Shown here: positions 1 to 14,000 of the stretch, piece by piece
How the letters are laid out: each line of letters opens with the position of its first letter
How positions within the stretch are numbered: the first letter of the stretch is position 1
Assembly: GCF_000150275.1 (NCBI RefSeq)
Contig: NW_002060949.1
Span: 3,416,449-3,480,448 of the forward strand
Length of the DNA stretch: 64,000 nt
Direction of reading: 5' to 3'
Origin: Trichoplax adhaerens
Lineage: Eukaryota > Animalia > Placozoa
Notes under the pieces: generated by a model
The model's database searches: none
Told to the model about the DNA's origin: nothing
Seen by the model: only the letters and a program-made list of their open reading frames with translations
Program-made: the position numbers and the translations under genes

Positions 1-744
1 ACAGGCACTATCGTCGTATTGGTAGATGCATCTTGCGCCATAGGGTGCGCACGTGGACGACTCATATGAGCTATGGGAAGCCAAAGCTGTGCTACATACA
101 TATATAACCATGGAAACATATCACTTAGGGACATTCTTTACTATGTCGTTATGTAATCATGCTAATAAAAGTTGATAAAACCCCAGCAAAGTAGTGATTT
201 GGGCAGGTGCAGAATATAAATTATTTATTTTGCAGGAAAATTGATTTAGCAGGAACTGACTGATCCGATTGCCCATACTGTACGGTGTCCAGTGTGCACG
301 ATCGTGTTGTAAATGGAATCAAATTATCGAAGGCCTGATTTATCTTATTCTAGCTAATTGTTCAAGCTTTACAAATACGCGGATAGATCCCCTAGTTAAG
401 TCTGCCTGATAGTGAGCGTTACCAAATATTTATCAATATACTAGTAATATGGTACCTTTACTCTTTTACTTGCGATGTTTCCGTTAATAGGTACCTATAC
501 GTAACTATACGAGAGAGAAGCTACTTAGAACATAACCCCCATGTCCTATTTCTCTAGATTTAACTAATACAATACGCGCTTATTATCCTTCCGTAAAAGC
601 ACCATTACCCTATTACTTATCATTTAATAGTTAATGAACCGTTATGTAATTTTTCAGCTAGGTTTCAATGCGGTCATAGTACTAGATTTAGAGTATCATA
701 GCCTACTACATACCTTTATTTAGCCGTCAACCTATTCTTTGATA

Positions 745-1545
745 CTTTTACACTACTGCTTTAACTCGGAATCATAAATACATCTAACTAACAGTTGATT
801 AAAGGGAAAATACCAGGATCTTTAGTGAATCATAGTAACTAGCCAACCTATTGTCACGGTGCGAACTACCGTGAAGAAATAGATATCTAAATTTGGTTAA
901 TATAATATAGTGATATTATATTACAACTAGTTACTTACAATAGGAATTACTCTAATTATAAATGTGTTACAGTAAATTTATTGCTGTGCTGTAATGTGAG
1001 CTGAAATGATTCTGTGAATGGACATATTGTAGTCCGACTGTGAAAAACTAGTTAGTAGATGTTCTCACCCAAGTATTTTTATAAGATGACTTGTGAATGT
1101 TAGCTGCTGTAGAAGGGTATATAAACCCGTCAGATAGTTGAATAAAGCAGTTCTCAATTGTATAGTTGTTTTAACGTAGAATCAAAGGCGTCTAAATTCT
1201 TGTGAGTAGGGATACTGAATCCCGGAGACTATAGAGATTTAGAGATTTGTTTTACGTTATCCTTGTCACGAAGTTGGTTTGTGACACCTATACTCTGATA
1301 TTTCACTGTAGATTGCTACTTCAACTCTAAATCGTGGACTACTACGTACATCTTGACGGATAATTGATTAAAGAGTAAAATTTCAGGATCTTTAGTCAAT
1401 CGTAGTAATAAACTCCTAAACCCATTTCTGAGACACTTTTAGATTGCTGCTTTAACACTGAATGATAGACTACTAAACGTATGTTAGCTAGTAATTGATG
1501 AAAGAGTTAATTCCTGGGACTAGCGAACCCTAGTAACTAGTCACT
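745..1545 (+). repeat. Three degenerate copies of a ~110-bp unit
   Basis: Related blocks tgct(g/a)cttt/tcaac...ttgattaaag...caggatctttagt..aatc.tagtaa at about 750-845, 1310-1410 and 1440-1540. Confidence 0.65.
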
Positions 1546-3270
1546 TACAATCAGCCTATACAGTAGAGAAACAAATCTTAATTTACTCCTATCAATTCAT
1601 TATTTTTGTTTAATAATAATTTATATAATATGCCAAATATACACGTATATTAACAGTTGAAATAATTCAAATTTGGTGAATATGATAGCAACACACAGCT
1701 TCAGGTAACAAACTAAGTGAATGACTCATTGAGGCAAATATGAATTAGACCAATCTTTCATGTAGGTATAATGTCGACGATAATGAAGTTCATTGATTGT
1801 ATCTAAGTTTTTTCTAGAAAATTACCCCTAATTCTCCATCACTCACAATGCGAGTGAAAGAAATTTATTAAAGTGAAGATCTTTTTGAATATGCAGTACT
1901 GTACTGCAAAGTTTCCATATTTTATACCAACTACGATACAAAATAAAGCAGTATTTTTAATCTTTCCAGTAGTCACTAGTCAGTAATGCAGTTTATAATA
2001 AGTAAATTTTATTGTTACTGTACCGGATACGATGATAAAATTTATCGTCACAAGTGTACCTGCAAATAAAATTGCGGAGGGGAAAGGAACGCCTTCTACG
2101 ATAACAATTTAAAGGTATGGTTGAGGAATCATCTTGTTCACCTATAGGAATCCAAGCGAGGTAGAATTGTATCTTATTGCTAGCCCTTTTTTTCTTGATC
2201 CGCTTTAACAGTAACGATAGAGTACTTTCCAAAGCTGTTAATCAACAACTGAAGCGCAGACAATCAACGTGCAGTTGCTCAGTATCTTGGAAATACGCAT
2301 GTAATATTGATTATTACATTGAACTATGAAATATTGGACCTATACGACTGGCATTTAGCATCTGTCAGTTGCAATAGATCGAGAAGTATAACAATTTTTA
2401 GTATATTAGTGACTGATTGCTATCAGTACAATTTTGGAATAAAAATGCCGGAATCGCGCATTTTAAACGAAGCATTTGCCAAAAAGTAAATAGCTTAGAA
2501 TTAACATTATTCGGAAATTATGCGAGAACAGTTCAACTGTTATGCTATATCGTAAGATTGTGCAAGCATTTCTACAGCCAAAGGGCACCATCCTATTTTA
2601 ATCTTATAAATTAAGATCTTCTTCTGCAGTAGCGTTGGAATAACATTCGAGGATAAGATACAACATTGCAGTTGCACATTCTGTATGACTACACCTTATT
2701 ACGAGTGCCTTCATATTCTTATTATAGCTAATCGGCATTCATACCGGTAGCTACCTCAGCGCATAAAAGACTGCGGTTGAGAGTTCATTCTAGGTATAGA
2801 CATGGTGTACAGTACAGACGACCATACAAATTGTATAAATACAAATATCACATTGATAATCTTCAAATGCATACCATAAACAGTGAATCATTGCAGTAAT
2901 ATTTTCACTGCTAAAGCGTGAATTGCGCGTGCATGAGAGGGAAGAGAAGAACCTTATTTAGAACCGAAAGACGAACAGCGCGTTCCTATATAGCCACACG
3001 TCTCGGGTTATAACTTATGAGCATCCGTGAGAGCTATTAGCCACTGAGTCTCTCCTAATTTACAATAGATATACAACTCGAAAAAAGAAGAACGTCTTTT
3101 GGGGGAGGAGGAAGAGAGAGAGCTTAAGAGTTCGAGGGAGAAAGTACAAATTATTTCTCGAGTCCTCTCATGGACTGCCAGAAGAAAATAGCCTACTTGC
3201 AGTGAGCTCTTTGATGAAAGACATCTGATAGACTGACAGACAGATGCACCGAAATGACAGAGCTATGACT

Positions 3271-3340
3271 TACAGTACTGTACAGACTATACAGTACTTT
3301 GTACACTGTCCAGTACAGTGCAGTATACTGTAAAATGGGA
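3271..3340. promoter_or_regulatory. TACAGTA/TACTGTA motif cluster, putative CBWD promoter
   Basis: Dense overlapping tacagt/actgta units about 150-220 bp upstream of the CBWD start, followed by aaaatgg. Similar clusters lie upstream of GLDC. Confidence 0.5.
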
Positions 3341-3489
3341 GGAAATCGGTACGAAAATAATCGGAGATCGTTGACTCTATAAACTTCCTTATGTTGTATC
3401 TACTGTTGCGTACACTACATATCAGCGAAGGTAGATCGAACTAGTGACGATTCAACCATCCCGTTACATCGTTATCGACATTGAATTCC

Positions 3490-6400
3490 ATGAAGAAAAT
3501 GGCCACCATGGATGAAGAAGAAGCTTGTCCAGAATTAGTCGAAGACGATGGTAGCAAAATCCCTGTGACTATTATTACTGGATATTTGGGTAAATTGATA
3601 TCCTAACGCTGTTAAGAGTCATTTCACCGGATTCTATACTGCAAAGTGATAAAATAGGAAGTGCAGCAAGGAATAAACCAATTATAATGTGTAAATAGTT
3701 GCAGTTGTTATTGACAGTCAATTGAAATTAGGTCTCCATGTTCTACTTTACATTATATCATTACAGCAGTATTATTGTAGGATTTGACCAGAAAGAGTCT
3801 TTGATAATATCTGTAATGACCTGCTGTAGACTAAATAGAATGCTTTCGTAGGACTGCATAAAGGAACAGAATGAAGCTAGTAAGAACTATGCTCCATTTG
3901 ACTCCATAAAATCACAAACTGCAAAATTATTTTAGTTATCCTTGACAATAAAGTATAGGCTTACCTCTGTATAGTAAAAATTGGACTACGAATACTATTT
4001 GCAATGCCAGTAATGTTTCATGGATTAAAAAAATATGATACATTTCTTGTCTGTAAAGAGCATGATAGAATTAAAGTAGAGATATTAGTTCTTGGCTTTA
4101 TCATAAATTTTTACGAGGTGGAGATGTACCCTTATGCTTGATCTTGTTGCCATCTGCATTACTAGACCGCATAGTCCATGCAAATTGAAGATTGCAGATA
4201 GCATTATTTCATCCATTGTAAGAAATACGTTGCAAGATAGATCTTCTTCTTTTAAACTATGTATTGTAGGTACTAGAATAGATTTACACCTGCAATACTA
4301 AATTAATGCTCAATTGATCATGATCAATGTGCTGTAGACGTAATTTCATACTTTTGAATTAAACTGAAACGATATTGGTCTAGATGTAGCAATAGGATCA
4401 GACAGCAAAGTTTATACTGCATACAAGCATACATTCGATTCAGTATATGTACCTATCTTTTCCTCCACAATGGAGGCAACAGTACAATAATACTAGTAGG
4501 CGAAGTAGCAGAACCAGAATGTTATTACTCGACTGATTATTACAAAATGTTTCCAGTCACGATTCCATACATTTGCATTACTGCAGGTATAAAAGTAGAA
4601 GCTGACGAGAACTCACGCTATTCCCAATTTACCATAAGATTCGTGTCGTATATTTGACTTGTGCTTTCGATTAATGCAGGCGCAGGAAAGACCACTCTAC
4701 TGAATTACATCTTAAATGAACAACATAACCGACGAATTGCTGTTATTATGAATGAATTTGGCCAAGGTGAGCTACTTCACGAAAGGATTATGTTAATTTT
4801 TTATTATATTAAAGGCCGGAGCTACATTTCAAGTAAAATAAAACTAATGCTACATCTAATACAGCACTTCAAACTTGTTTTACGGTCGACAATCTGTAGT
4901 GGACATGATATATCTTGCCTTTTTAATATGGATAATATTGCAAAAGTACTAATTTTGCAAACAACTTTGGTACACCTAGCAGTTATACTTGATTTTTAAG
5001 AACCTTGGTAGCTGCTGTCAATGAGTTTATGAGTTATTTGCACCTTAAAATTAGCTTACTTTTCCCTATCAATGATAATATTGAGGTCGATTAGGTAGGC
5101 AACTCTATCGTGCTATTAATATAAGAAGCGATATTACAATATTTTAGTAATCAATCATTCGCGTTACTCAATAATATTTTAATAACTTTGGAATGGTATA
5201 GCCCTGTGCTAGATGAAAATGTTGGTAATATCTCCAACAAATCTCTAATATTTGTTGCTGCTCGCATAGATAGAATAATTTGCAATACAATGTCACATTT
5301 TATTTATAAATACCCTTAGTTCCTTATTACTACAGCAGCATGCAATCATTGTAATGTTACACTTCAGCTAAATTATAGCTAAGTTTGTGCTAGCAAGTTA
5401 GGGAATGAAGATGTTGCAACACCAATTTCTGCTTATCTATTATTCTACCAAAATATGTAGATATTTTCTGATGATAACGAAATAATGATCATATCATTTA
5501 TTTACTCAAAAATACTGCAGGCGACTCCATCGAAAAATCAATGTCTGTTGGACAATCTGGAGAGTTATTTGAAGAATGGTTAGAATTGCGCAACGGGTGT
5601 TTATGCTGTTCAGTTAAGTGAGTATAAACAAACTATGCTTTGTCCAGCCCCCGTATAGTAAAGACACCACATTTATAATTAATTCTTTTTACGTATATGG
5701 TTCGCTATTTGTTAGTATAATCACAAAATGATTAGAACAGTAAATAGAGAAATCATATAAGCTTGTCAATGGCAAAAATCTGTCTTAAACTCGTGATAGT
5801 ACACTATAATTGCAAATTTGAATGAGAGGCGTAGACAAATATCTCATATGTCGAATATGTACCCTTATTCGAATTTTGATCGTTAAAACCATAGAGATTC
5901 TGGAGTGAAAGCCATTGAGAATTTGATGGAAAAAAAAGGAAAATTCGATTATATTCTACTCGAAACAACTGGCCTTGCAGATCCAGGTGATATTTTCTTA
6001 TAGAAGCCGATTTCTCTTTCGTAGATAAACTATATACGAACATATGTACACTTTACCTAGGTGTGCCAAGCACTTATATATATGTTAAAAATTGCACTAA
6101 TCAATTTTGATTTACCTTAGGCCCCATTGCATCAATCTTCTGGCTTGATAGTGAACTCGGATCTGAGATCTATTTAGACGGTATTCAGTTGTTGATCGTA
6201 ACGACTTTGTTAAATTTCACTACGTAATGGTTGAAACTTGATTAGTTAACTATTATTTTCCTATTTACGCGTATAGGCATTGTAACGTTAATTGACGGTA
6301 AAAATTGCCTTAGGGTTAGTTCAACACTAAATTATGATTCACAGTAAAATATCGTGTCAACGAGCTATTTATAGATATTGCTTGATAGACGTAGAAGTGA

Positions 6401-9400
6401 TATCGATAAACTTTAATAGAGTTTAGGTGAAGAAAGACCCAAAGGAATAATAAATGAATGCGTCAGGTAACTCATTCTTATACCACAGTGTAATATAAAC
6501 AACGTAAAAAATAGCATCTAAATTATAACATCGACTATGGAGGTTCTAAATGTAGTTTTATGCATCTCGATTTCAGATAGATTTTGTTCTTGAAAATCTA
6601 ATCTTTTCATGTCTTAATATCTCCAGACAGATAGCTTTAGCTGATTTATTGATTGTCAACAAAACAGATCTAATAGAAGAAGACGAGTTAGTAAAGTTGA
6701 GATCAAGTATCAGGTGCCTTTTAACTCGTATACATCCAATGCCCCCCTCCAACCAAAATTTTACGTAATTGAGATTGTGTATTGTATCTATGCAGGTCCA
6801 TGAACAGCTTTGCTAACATTATAGCAACTAAACGGTCAAGGTAATATAAAAACTGGTTGTTTTAGCTATAACTGTTTGGTTTTGGCAGATCATACATTAG
6901 TATAGCTAAGTCGAACGTATATCATGTGTTGATAACTGTGCCCCATATATGATCGTACTGTTAGGGTTGATTTAAATTCAATTCTCGACCTCCACGCTTT
7001 TGATTCGAAAGACAAGTGAGTGGCTTCAATAAAATATTTTGCCCTGTAAAAATAAAATTACAAGCGATAAGGATAAAATCAATTTATTTATCTAAGTGGG
7101 TTAGAAATTCTATCCAGTAGATGGTCTGATAAGGATACAACTTCTACCAGTATAAGTAATCATCTCGAGCAAGTTAGTACGGTTTTAACATAGAAACTGT
7201 AATGAACTGAAACTTGTATAGTCAATGCGTTTCTCAACTGATGTGATTATTTTTCTCTTTCAAGAATGTCAGCACCGCTCTGATTGAATTCGAAGGAAAT
7301 ATAGATTTGGAACCTCTAGAGACATGGTTGCAGGTTAGAAATGTAATAGTTAGTTAAAGTTGGTTTATAAATACAGCCTTTCTGTTATACTTGCATATCA
7401 AATATTAGTTTGCGATCATCTTAATTCATAGGATTTACTATGGGAAAAAAACATCAAAAATAAAAACAATGAAGTAATGGAAATTTTGCGTTGTAAGGTA
7501 ACTCAGGAATGATATATTTTTATCGTCTATCAATAACCATTTTTAAAAATGTTTTTCTTCCGTCGTCTTTGCATTCAATTGGCATTATTTGCCCAGCTAA
7601 TTTGTCCTTTTCATAAATTTTAATACTTCATTTAATTCTCGTGCATGCAGATTTAACAAATTCATGAATTAAATAAATTTTTATACAATTCATTCTGTAA
7701 ATAACCTATACTCTATACGCGCTAAATACATCTTATAGTAATTAGTCTCTCCTGTGTGTCATTTAATTTCGTATAGCATATTGAGCTATTATTATCTAAT
7801 TAAAAGATTTATATCACTATTATGAGTGTGATACTATATAGTAACATCATTAAATTAACTTATGTAGCATAACACCAAATTCATACGTGTAGAGTTGCTA
7901 AATAGTACAGCATACGGGTATAGCTTGTTATATATGCTTATCGTAATTAAATTGTAACGGATATCATATATCCTATATTATTGCAGCGATATCAAATGTG
8001 ATCTTATTTGGAAATAATTGATTTTATATATATTAAAGTATAATGTATTATCACCTTCCTGCTATATCAATCAGCGAATATCGCTCAGCTGGAAGCAGTT
8101 CATTTGAATCTTTTACTGAAAGTGATTATTTTATTCAGTAAAAATTATATTATTATTAAGTTAACGTTGGAACCATTTTGGATAATTAATACAGGAACTT
8201 CGATTAGGCGCATAGATCAAATTAGCTTTAATTTTTTCCTGGAAATTGACAGGCATTGATCTAGTATATTTGCAGCAATATGTATCAAACGGTATCTTCC
8301 AAGATATCTGACCAGAAATAATGACTTATTTGCTACTGCCATAATAATTACTTAAGAAGATCAGTAATCGAATTAGATAATGAAATCGAGGTGATCTATT
8401 AGTTCTGTAATCAAATCAACCTCTCAATTATTTGATGAGAAATTTCCATCTTCTTCTCTTTTAATAGTTACTATACAGTACTATAGTACTATATTTCTAA
8501 TTTATCTTCTTTTGAAAGAAATTTTTCGAATATTAACGAGCGTCTTAACCAATACAGTAAATTTAATCTGATGTTCTGATATCGCAGGGTCAGTTATCAA
8601 GTAGGGGTTGTGATAAGCGTATACTATTCCAAGCTGTGTATGAATTATATGACAAGGTAGAAACTACGGAGTGGTTAGAAAATGAAAGAAGAATCAACAA
8701 ATTAGTTTTTATCGGTAAGTCATGCAGAACTTTACAGGTTCTATTCCATTGTAGCAAATGCACCTAGTTAATGTCAGTCTTTATATTCGATCCTATTACA
8801 ATTATTATATCCAGTATATTAATACTAGAAAATTTAATTATATTGCTGGACTTAATGAGTCCAAAGGATAAATAAAATGTTAGTTGAAGAGCTAATAGCG
8901 TAAACAATTATTGTGTGACAAGCTAATTTAGTTCATTATTTATTTTGTTAGAGTAAACTGTCGCTTAATGATTCCTCATTAAAGTTAAACATGAATATGA
9001 CATTTTGCAGCCTTACAAAGATGCAGTACTCAGTATTTACACTATCAGTATTATATATAGTATAATTTATAAATAACGTAAATGCGCAATTTTTACAATA
9101 CTATATTCTTAATGCGGTTGAACTAGCAGTACTTATAGTTTCATTAAATTCTGTACAGCGTTGATAAAAACAAGTTACCAGTTATATAAAGTTAAATATA
9201 CTCGTGTCTTCTCCGTAAATACAGTAGAATTACATTTATTTAAGGAAGGTTATTTTTGATGACCTCTATTTAATATCAGGTGATTGATCTTTCATTTAAT
9301 GATATCCTATAGATATTACTGCAATACAGTAGTTGAAATGGTAAGAGTCTATTTAAATACATATAGGATAATTTCTCACTTTAGTGCCAATTTACTCCAA

Positions 9401-11071
9401 ATTAGGGGAGATAATGAAGTAAATTAGCATTTCAATAGGGCTCCAAATCGTATTATGTCATCACGAAGTTTTGTTAGTAACATATTGTTATTACTTCAAT
9501 TCTTTTCAAACTTTACTAAAGGAGCGACAAGTACTATATATAACATATATACGTGCACATAGATTACTAATTTGATAATAATGTATGGAAATCGCCTAGT
9601 GTCTACAGTTTTTTCTACACCGTAAGTTGGAAAATCAGCTCTATCTTCAGCTAAGACTGTATCAAGATGATATATATATACTAAGTGTGCGATTGGTTAT
9701 GATTTAATTTACTTTATTTCAATGCATTACTGTGTTATCCTAGTTAAAATTACACGTTTTTATTACAAACTTAGTTTAGAAATAAATTATGATTATATCA
9801 CACAATAGCGTAATCGCTGTTATTGTTATTTTTTATTAGCAGCTTCTTAAATCTAATAACTGTGATGCGATGTTTTTTTCGTCTCATCGATTTCGCATTT
9901 TTTTGTTTTCTCTATTCATACTGATGTTTGCACTATGGCGCCTACTGTAGTCTATTTTAATTATCATAACTTTATGCTATTATTATCGAGATTGAAACAA
10001 TTAATTAATAGATGGAAACGACTATTTAATTAAATTTAATTGACGGAGTGAACATCAAAGTTTAAATGTTGACGCAGATACGGCAAATATTATGTTAGTT
10101 ATCTTTGTTTGGTAGAAATATTGACGACAGAAAGCTGTTTTAACCTTCTTACTATTAACTTTGATCATAGTATAGTTTATATTTGATAGAATTCCTCATT
10201 AATTGATATATATAATACATAAGGTAGAAAAGTTAATATCATACTACTCAACTTCGTTAAATGTTTTTATCTTCTTTCTCTGTTTAACGGCTATCTACTG
10301 CATTATGTAACTCCACCCCGTTTATCGTAAATATGTAGCCGTAATCAATCGAATCAGGCTCAATTACTATTATTCTTCCCTCCATCTAAACTCGATTATT
10401 AACTTGAATCATAGCTTTACTAGTAGGTGTGGCTATTTTAGACGGAAAACTCTAGCACACAATAACGATTTCTTATTGTGTTTACGTTGTAACACTGAAA
10501 GTTTTTTCTACCACTCGATTACTTATGTTTTATTTTAATTGGTTTATATTTCCATGTTAAGACAAGTTCAGTTGACAGTATTACCATAGTGAAGTATTTT
10601 TTATACAGATCGAAGCGATTCTTAAATACGTTTTACATCTTTTTTATGACATTAATGTTTATTACGATTGTAACTATTTTTCCGTGTCAAGCTCTGTATT
10701 GATCAATACTACCACAGCATTTTTTATCGTTGCATACTAATGTCGGCAACATGCATTATCTAGTATGTCCGCTCTGTGTGATATCAAAGTCCAAGATATA
10801 CAGTTACGGCTTTCTTTCTCTATCGATATTAATTTTTTTCTATAAATACAATCATTAATTATTGTAATAATGATAATTCTTCTCCTATTGCTATTTATGC
10901 GACCTGTTTCCGATTAGAATATATCCTTATTTCAATGCATTTGATATTAAATTAAGTGTTAGCTAAAGTTATCTTCCCTTTTTCTCTTATATTTGGAATT
11001 GGTACTTTATAGGCAGAAATGTGGATCACGCTATATTAGCCGAAGGAATACAACAGTTTATTCTTAATTGA
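3490..11071 (+). CDS. CBWD1: COBW-domain / Zn-regulated GTPase metalloprotein activator (COG0523 family), 15 exons, about 360-366 aa
   Basis: Exons spliced by hand, all GT-AG and in frame: 3490-3589, 4680-4766, 5521-5617, 5895-5986, 6121-6180, 6277-6314, 6420-6466, 6627-6713, 6796-6840, 6965-7015, 7097-7172, 7265-7333, 7432-7497, 8588-8714, 11013-11071 (TGA). Motifs: N-terminal CPELV, Walker [27 protein letters not shown] (CxCC zinc site), [16 protein letters not shown], and a CobW_C tail ending KLVFIGRN. In-frame ATGs at 3490, 3499 and 3508; the last has perfect Kozak context gccaccATGg. Also called ZNG1. Confidence 0.96.
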
Positions 11072-14000
11072 TAGATAAAATGAATTAGTCGTTAGGCGCA
11101 ATTGATCGTTTTAACAATTATGTGGATAACAGAAGAAAAGAAAGAACTTGTTTAATAAATAAGTGACAGTACACATAGTCATAATTAAGGAAACAATAAA
11201 ATTGAATACAACTATTTACTATAATTATCATTTACTGTTGAAGTAAATGATTTGATAGTCGTAATCGAGCGGTTAAGATATTAGGTAGAGAGTATACATA
11301 TAAATGAGAAATGTGATGCACCGGTTAGCTCACAGCGTAACATCAACCATTTTTAGAGAAAAATTAATTTTTCAACTTTCGACAATTCATCTCTTCACCA
11401 TTATATACTTTAAGTTAACCTATTTTATTCGTTAATAAATGTAATTATTGTCATCTAAACTTACCTTTAGGTGATTAGTACTATAATGATGATAATGTAA
11501 TCTTCATTCGATTTATAGCTAACTGACAAGTATTGTTATTATAGATGAAGATGTTTTAGTTTTATTTCATTAGTGTCTTCCTTTCATTGATCTATTATTC
11601 TTTTGTATTATGTATATTATCCAAATTCAGGAAAGGTCAGTTAATGAAGAATGATGGCATGATAGAGTAGAATAATGTTACTTCTACTGTTGTACAACAC
11701 CCTTATTACCGGACGTATTTTATCCATTATAAATTAATTTAATGAAAACTCTATTATCAGATGAATTGGTTGATATTTTAGTCTTGATTGCTACATATTA
11801 TAGTCCAAATTATCTATCAACTGTAGTAATTCATAGCTACTGATGACAACATTATTCAATAAAAATGTATCAAAAACTACCTACAGTATACATAGTAATG
11901 AGGGGGAGGTGGAGTATGAAAAAAAACATTTTAAATCGTCATTATTGTGATATAACTTTTGTTCTACTGGGTTTATCTTTTCATAAAGTTAGACTATGCT
12001 AGATAAGTTAGTTTTATTAATTTGACTATTTAACTAATAGATCCTTTTTAGTATTGTAGCACATAGGTACGAATTTATAAAATCATCATAGTATTTGCCT
12101 TATCCTCTTCAACTTGATATAATGATAATGTCATTATTGATTGACTTACTTGACTGTCTTGCAATTTATTTGTTTTCAACAACTATTAATCAAATTTAGT
12201 CGCAATAGAAGATAGAAAAAGGGTGATAATTTAAGGATGTAGTAGGCTGGAATATCGAGAAGGAAATTAGAAAATTTTAATGCTAACATCATTAACTTCA
12301 GTGAAATTAAAATGAAAGAAAATATTATTTTTTTGACGTCGTTTGATTAGGTTTTTAATTCTATTGCTTGTCAATTTTCTCTTGGTCAACAGCAAGTAAA
12401 AATTACAGTTGCAATTCTGTCAATCTAATGATAGAAAATTTAATTAGATTGATTCGATTGCATTGAAAGTAATTCGATTAAGTTTGCGTTGTTCGAGAAG
12501 GGCAAAAATGTTTAACCGATGAAGAAAAATAATTTATTACATTAGCAATTAGATTGTCCAAATGAATGATTTTAAAAAATAAGCTAATGGGAGGCAAGGA
12601 TAGTTAAGATCAATGATGAAATTAATTTATAATAAATTTAATGTTGAACTATTGGATGGAAATAAAAAATAATGATCAAGTATTTTAAGGGAAATAAACT
12701 TATGATTGTTGATTAGGATAGACTTGAATGATGCGTATGATCAATTATACCTATTTTTTGTCTAAAATACGAATTAATTTTGATTGATTCACGTGAAATA
12801 ACTGAAATATTAGCCAGTACTGACTATAATAGCCATGAAAGGGGATTGAAAAAATGGCTAAGGTGATTAAAGATGTAGTGATAGGTAAGAAGTGATTTTT
12901 TTTTAATTTATTGAAATCATGATGAGTAATATTTAGATAAGCGGGTAAATAGACGAGACGATAATAAGAACAAGTTGATGTTAGTCTACGGTAGGTTAAA
13001 AGACAGCCGCCTTTTGTCCATAGTATTTTAATTATTTTATGCACACATTTGAACTTGATAACTACTTAGAACTGTTTACCTAAATATCAAAGACAATCAA
13101 TTCTGTTTAATATGAGACATCGATGTTTAATATCATGCTATTTATTTAATTTGTTGAAAGACTTTAGCCATTATCTACTAGTTTGCGTGTCTGTCTTGAT
13201 CTTACTCTAGCATTTATTTGTATCTTCTTTACTCTCATATTCCCTCTCGCTGCCATGATCGATCTATCTTTCTTTTCCTGAGCCTATTGTTTTATTATTG
13301 ATGCTACTCTTCAATCGATTGCCTAATGCATTTTTCTATCTATCAACAAATCAGTATTATATGTAGACGTAGACGACAAAACAATACTTTTAGCTTACTT
13401 TACCCCTGTTGAATATAATAATAAGAAAGAAAATGTTGAACTTAGTTAGAAATAATTTCAATTTCTTGTATTTATCTTGTTCTATTTGATCTTTGACTAG
13501 TTGTCAACTATCGTCATCTAATTAAAATAAATAAAATCGATATAAAAATGATGATGTCTATCTTATCTCATGAATCACTGATAATCAGAATTGATTACAG
13601 CTTACTCCTATGAGAAAAAAATAACAACTTGCTACGATTGTGAATCATTAGAGCTAAATAATGAAATTACCAAGAGGGTAAAAACTACTCTAGGAAAAAA
13701 TAAAATGAGTAACGGACAAATAGAGAAAAAATGTAAATAAGAATGACAAACTGGCAGACTCTTTACCGTCTATGTTTGTCTAACATATTTCATTTTGAGT
13801 TAAGTGTGAAAATAAATAGAAAATGCCGTCCATTTTTTACGGGATAATCGTTTGTCCGTTTAACTTTGAAAATTAAATTCAACAACAAGATCAATCTATC
13901 TTGAAGAGGATAAGCTAAATCATTTAGAGTGAAATCGATCGATCGATATTATGATATGATGTCATAATTATCAATTGAGATAGAATATGGACGTGAATGA

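Noticed and set aside
2900-3260. Possible RNase P/MRP or telomerase RNA
   Set aside because: I found no conserved P4 signature or telomeric template by eye. An Rfam scan would be needed to exclude it fully.
4767-4999. Continuation of the 4661-4999 ORF past NEFGQG
   Set aside because: Read-through into intron 2; homology resumes at exon 3 (5521).
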